Part shown: positions 61,587 to 64,000 of the stretch, in pieces | How positions within the stretch are numbered: position 1 is the stretch's first letter | Layout of the letters: each line of letters starts with the position of its first letter | The notes under the pieces: generated by a model | Seen by the model: the letters and a program-made list of their open reading frames with translations, nothing else | What the model was told of the DNA's origin: nothing | Database searches by the model: none | Made by a program: the position numbers and the translations under genes | Assembly: GCA_963764625.1 (NCBI GenBank) | Contig: CAVXTH010000009.1 | Coordinates: 1,024,001-1,088,000, forward strand | DNA from: Candidatus Krumholzibacteriota bacterium | GTDB lineage: Bacteria > Krumholzibacteriota > Krumholzibacteriia > JAJRXK01 | Direction: 5' to 3' | Length of the DNA stretch: 64,000 bases

Positions 61587-62729
61587 GTGGCTTCTCCTTC
61601 GAAGTGTTGAACGAGAGCGGGTCGGCGCGGCGCGGACGGCTACACACCGATCACGGCTGCGTGGAGACACCGGTCTTCATGCCGGTGGGGACGCAGGCCA
61701 CGGTGAAGGGCCTCACGGTGGATCAGGTGAAGAGCACCGGAGCTCGCATGATTCTGGCGAACACCTATCATCTCTACCTGCGACCCACCCACGATCGCAT
61801 CGAGCGACTGGGTGGCCTGCATCGCTTCATGGGCTACGACGGGGCCATGCTCACCGACAGTGGCGGATTCCAGGTCTTTTCTCTCTCGAGCTTGAACCAG
61901 TTGAGTGAAGAAGGGGTCAGCTTCCGCTCGCACCTCGATGGTTCCCCGCACTTCTTCTCCCCCGAACTCAGCATGGAGGTGCAAGCCGCTCTCGGCGCCG
62001 ACGTGGTGATGGCTTTCGATCACTGCCTGGCTCTGCCGGCGGAGAAGGAAGGGAGTGGCGCAGGCGGTGGACCGCACCACGCGCTGGGCCCAGCGCTGCC
62101 TCGATTCCTTCGGACTGCGGCGCCAGAGCGAGGCGGGACACGAGCAGGTGCTGTTCGGGATCATGCAGGGTGGGGTGTCAAAGTTCGAGAGAGAACGCAG
62201 CGCGCGCGAGCTGACGCGCCTCGGCTTCTTGGGGTACGCGATCGGCGGACTGTCGGTGGGCGAGAGCAAGGAGGAGTTGCATCGACTGAGTGCGTTCAGC
62301 GCGTCTCTTTTGCCCCTGAGAAAACCGCGCTACCTGATGGGAGTCGGATTCCCCGAGGACATACTGGCCGCGGTGGAGGGTGGAGTGGACATGTTCGACT
62401 GCGTATTGCCCACCCGCATGGCGCGCAACGGAACCCTGCTGACGCACGATGGGCGTCTCGCGCTTCGCAACGCGCGCTTCGCCGACGACGAAGCTCCCCT
62501 GGAGGAGGGCTGCCCCTGCCTGGCCTGCACGAACCACACCCGTGCGTACCTGCGCCACCTCGTGATCGCCGGTGAGATCCTCGGTCCGGTTCTGAGCACC
62601 ATCCACAATCTGACTTTCTATCAGTCTCTGATGGCCGAAATTCGCGAGGCGATCGAACGGGATGGTCTCCCGGAGTACCGGGAGCGGTTCCTGGCCCGTT
62701 TTGCGGCGCGGCGAGGCCACGTTCCCTGA
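61583..62729 (+). CDS. tgt: Queuine tRNA-ribosyltransferase; one +1 indel near 62052
   Basis: [14 protein letters not shown] and TDSGGFQ in one frame; [24 protein letters not shown] and CPC..C in the next. Confidence 0.94.
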
Positions 62730-62803
62730 ACCACTCGTTCGAACGCATGCCCATGCTCGCGAATTCAGAGCGATCGAGAATCGAAGCGGAGCCAGGCCGA
62801 GGC

Positions 62804-62832
62804 TTGCCTGAAGCTGGTGGCACACCTAGACT
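62804..62832 (+). promoter_or_regulatory. Putative sigma70 promoter of yajC-def-fmt
   Basis: TTGCCT-N17-TAGACT. Confidence 0.4.
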
Positions 62833-62861
62833 GAGCGCCGAACCCCTTCTGGAGGTGACTC

Positions 62862-63209
62862 TTGAGCCCGATTCACTCTGCATCCCTCGCCGCGCTCGTT
62901 CCCGCGTTCGCGGCTTCCCCCCAGGGAGGTCAGTCGGCATCACCCTGGTCGATGATGCCGCTCTTTCTCGCATTTCTTCTCATTTTCTATTTTTTGATGT
63001 GGCGGCCACAGGCGAAGCGCCAGAAAGAGCACAAGGCCATGCTCGCTGACTTGAAGAAGGGAGATCGCATCATCACCAGCGGTGGCCTTCACGCGACGGT
63101 GCTCAGTATCAAGGAAGATCGCGGGATCGTGGTGGCCACGATCGGCGAGGGAGTGAAGGTCGAGATTTCCCGCGGATCCGTGGCGGGAGTGGTCGTCGAG
63201 AAGAAGTGA
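62862..63209 (+). CDS. yajC: Preprotein translocase subunit YajC
   Basis: FYFLMWRPQ.K..K, LKKGD..IT.GG. Confidence 0.93.
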   Translation: MSPIHSASLAALVPAFAASPQGGQSASPWSMMPLFLAFLLIFYFLMWRPQAKRQKEHKAMLADLKKGDRIITSGGLHATVLSIKEDRGIVVATIGEGVKVEISRGSVAGVVVEKK

Positions 63210-63228
63210 CCTCAGCCCCTGGGAACCC

Positions 63229-63747
63229 ATGAGCGACGAACTGGAGATCTTTCTCTACGGAAGTGAGATCCTCAGGTCTGCCTGCCGGCCGGTGGAGCGT
63301 TTCGACGACGAGCTCCGAGAGCTCTGCGACGGAATGATCCAGGCGATGACCCGCGAGGACGGGATCGGTCTGGCCGCGCCGCAGGTGGGAAGAGATCTGC
63401 GTATGCTCATCGCGCGCGATGAGCGGGATGGATGGCCGCGCATTCTTCCCCTGGTGAATCCCGAATTGAAGGTCCTCAGTTCCGAACGTGCATCGTTCAG
63501 CGAGGGGTGTCTCTCGCTTCCGGGAATCACAGCCGAAGTCGATCGTCCGGCGCGGATCACGGTGGCCTTTCAGGACCTCGAGGGTACCAGCCACGAGCTC
63601 ACGGACGACGGGCTTCTCGCGCGCATCATCCAACACGAATCGGACCATCTGGAGGGGATCCTCTTCGTCGACCACTTGCCCTTGCTCAAGCGCAAGCTCC
63701 TGGCCAAGAAGCTCAAAGCTCTCGCGCGTCGGTCGAAGGTGGGTTGA
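63229..63747 (+). CDS. def: Peptide deformylase
   Basis: GIGLAAPQVG, EGCLSLP, QHESDHL. Confidence 0.97.
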   Translation: MSDELEIFLYGSEILRSACRPVERFDDELRELCDGMIQAMTREDGIGLAAPQVGRDLRMLIARDERDGWPRILPLVNPELKVLSSERASFSEGCLSLPGITAEVDRPARITVAFQDLEGTSHELTDDGLLARIIQHESDHLEGILFVDHLPLLKRKLLAKKLKALARRSKVG

Positions 63748-63749
63748 TC

Positions 63750-64000
63750 GTGCGCCTCGTCTTCCTCGGCTCTCCTGAGTTCGCGATTCCGTCCCTGGAG
63801 GCACTGGTAAAGGAAGGCCACGAGGTGCTCCTGGTGGTGACGCAACCGGACAAGGCGAGAGGACGCGGACGCGAGCCCCTTCCCACCCCCATTCGCCGCC
63901 GGGCCATGGAGCTGGGCCTCGCCGAGACGACCCTGAAGCCCAAGGACCGTGAGAAGTGTTACCGCCGCATCCTGGAGCTCTCTCCGGAGATCGTGGTTGT
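63750..64000 (+). CDS. fmt: Methionyl-tRNA formyltransferase (3' partial)
   Basis: Manual translation VRLVFLGSPEFAIPSLEAL...VVTQPDKARGRG; follows def. Confidence 0.93.
   Translation, partial: MRLVFLGSPEFAIPSLEALVKEGHEVLLVVTQPDKARGRGREPLPTPIRRRAMELGLAETTLKPKDREKCYRRILELSPEIVV

Overview
GC-rich bacterial core-genome region. The TonB-receptor/PorV/GWxTD gene set suggests an FCB-group candidate phylum such as Krumholzibacteriota, Eisenbacteria or Latescibacterota (inference only). Housekeeping genes: 3' end of an A2-type cytochrome c oxidase operon, asnS, uvrA, the glycine cleavage system with a lipoyl ligase, an oligopeptide ABC transporter, aspartokinase, radC-mreBCD-mrdA-rodA, aroE, comF, pgk-tpiA-secG-tRNA-Leu(GAG), an EF-G2 paralogue, and yebC-ruvCAB-queA-tgt-yajC-def-fmt. 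No CRISPR array, prophage or IS element was found. Four things stand out. (1) A ~16 kb cell-envelope locus: structured 5' leader, TonB-dependent receptor, large secreted protein with a T9SS-like C-terminal domain, PorV-family barrel, GWxTD protein, exbB-exbD-exbD-tonB, TolC, ABC ATPase, second GWxTD protein, NlpC/P60. It may be an undescribed uptake or surface-display system in which a T9SS-anchored protein replaces SusD. (2) A stand-alone gene for a 118-aa ultra-basic protein made of [A/G]RKKKTT heptads, a histone H1/protamine-like candidate. (3) A divergent pair of intact genes, an aminotransferase and a polysaccharide deacetylase, that have lost their catalytic residues. (4) A DUF4388 plus TPR/Zn-finger membrane module. 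Seven single-base indels break six otherwise conserved genes and are most likely long-read sequencing errors. All calls come from manual motif recognition; no database search was run.
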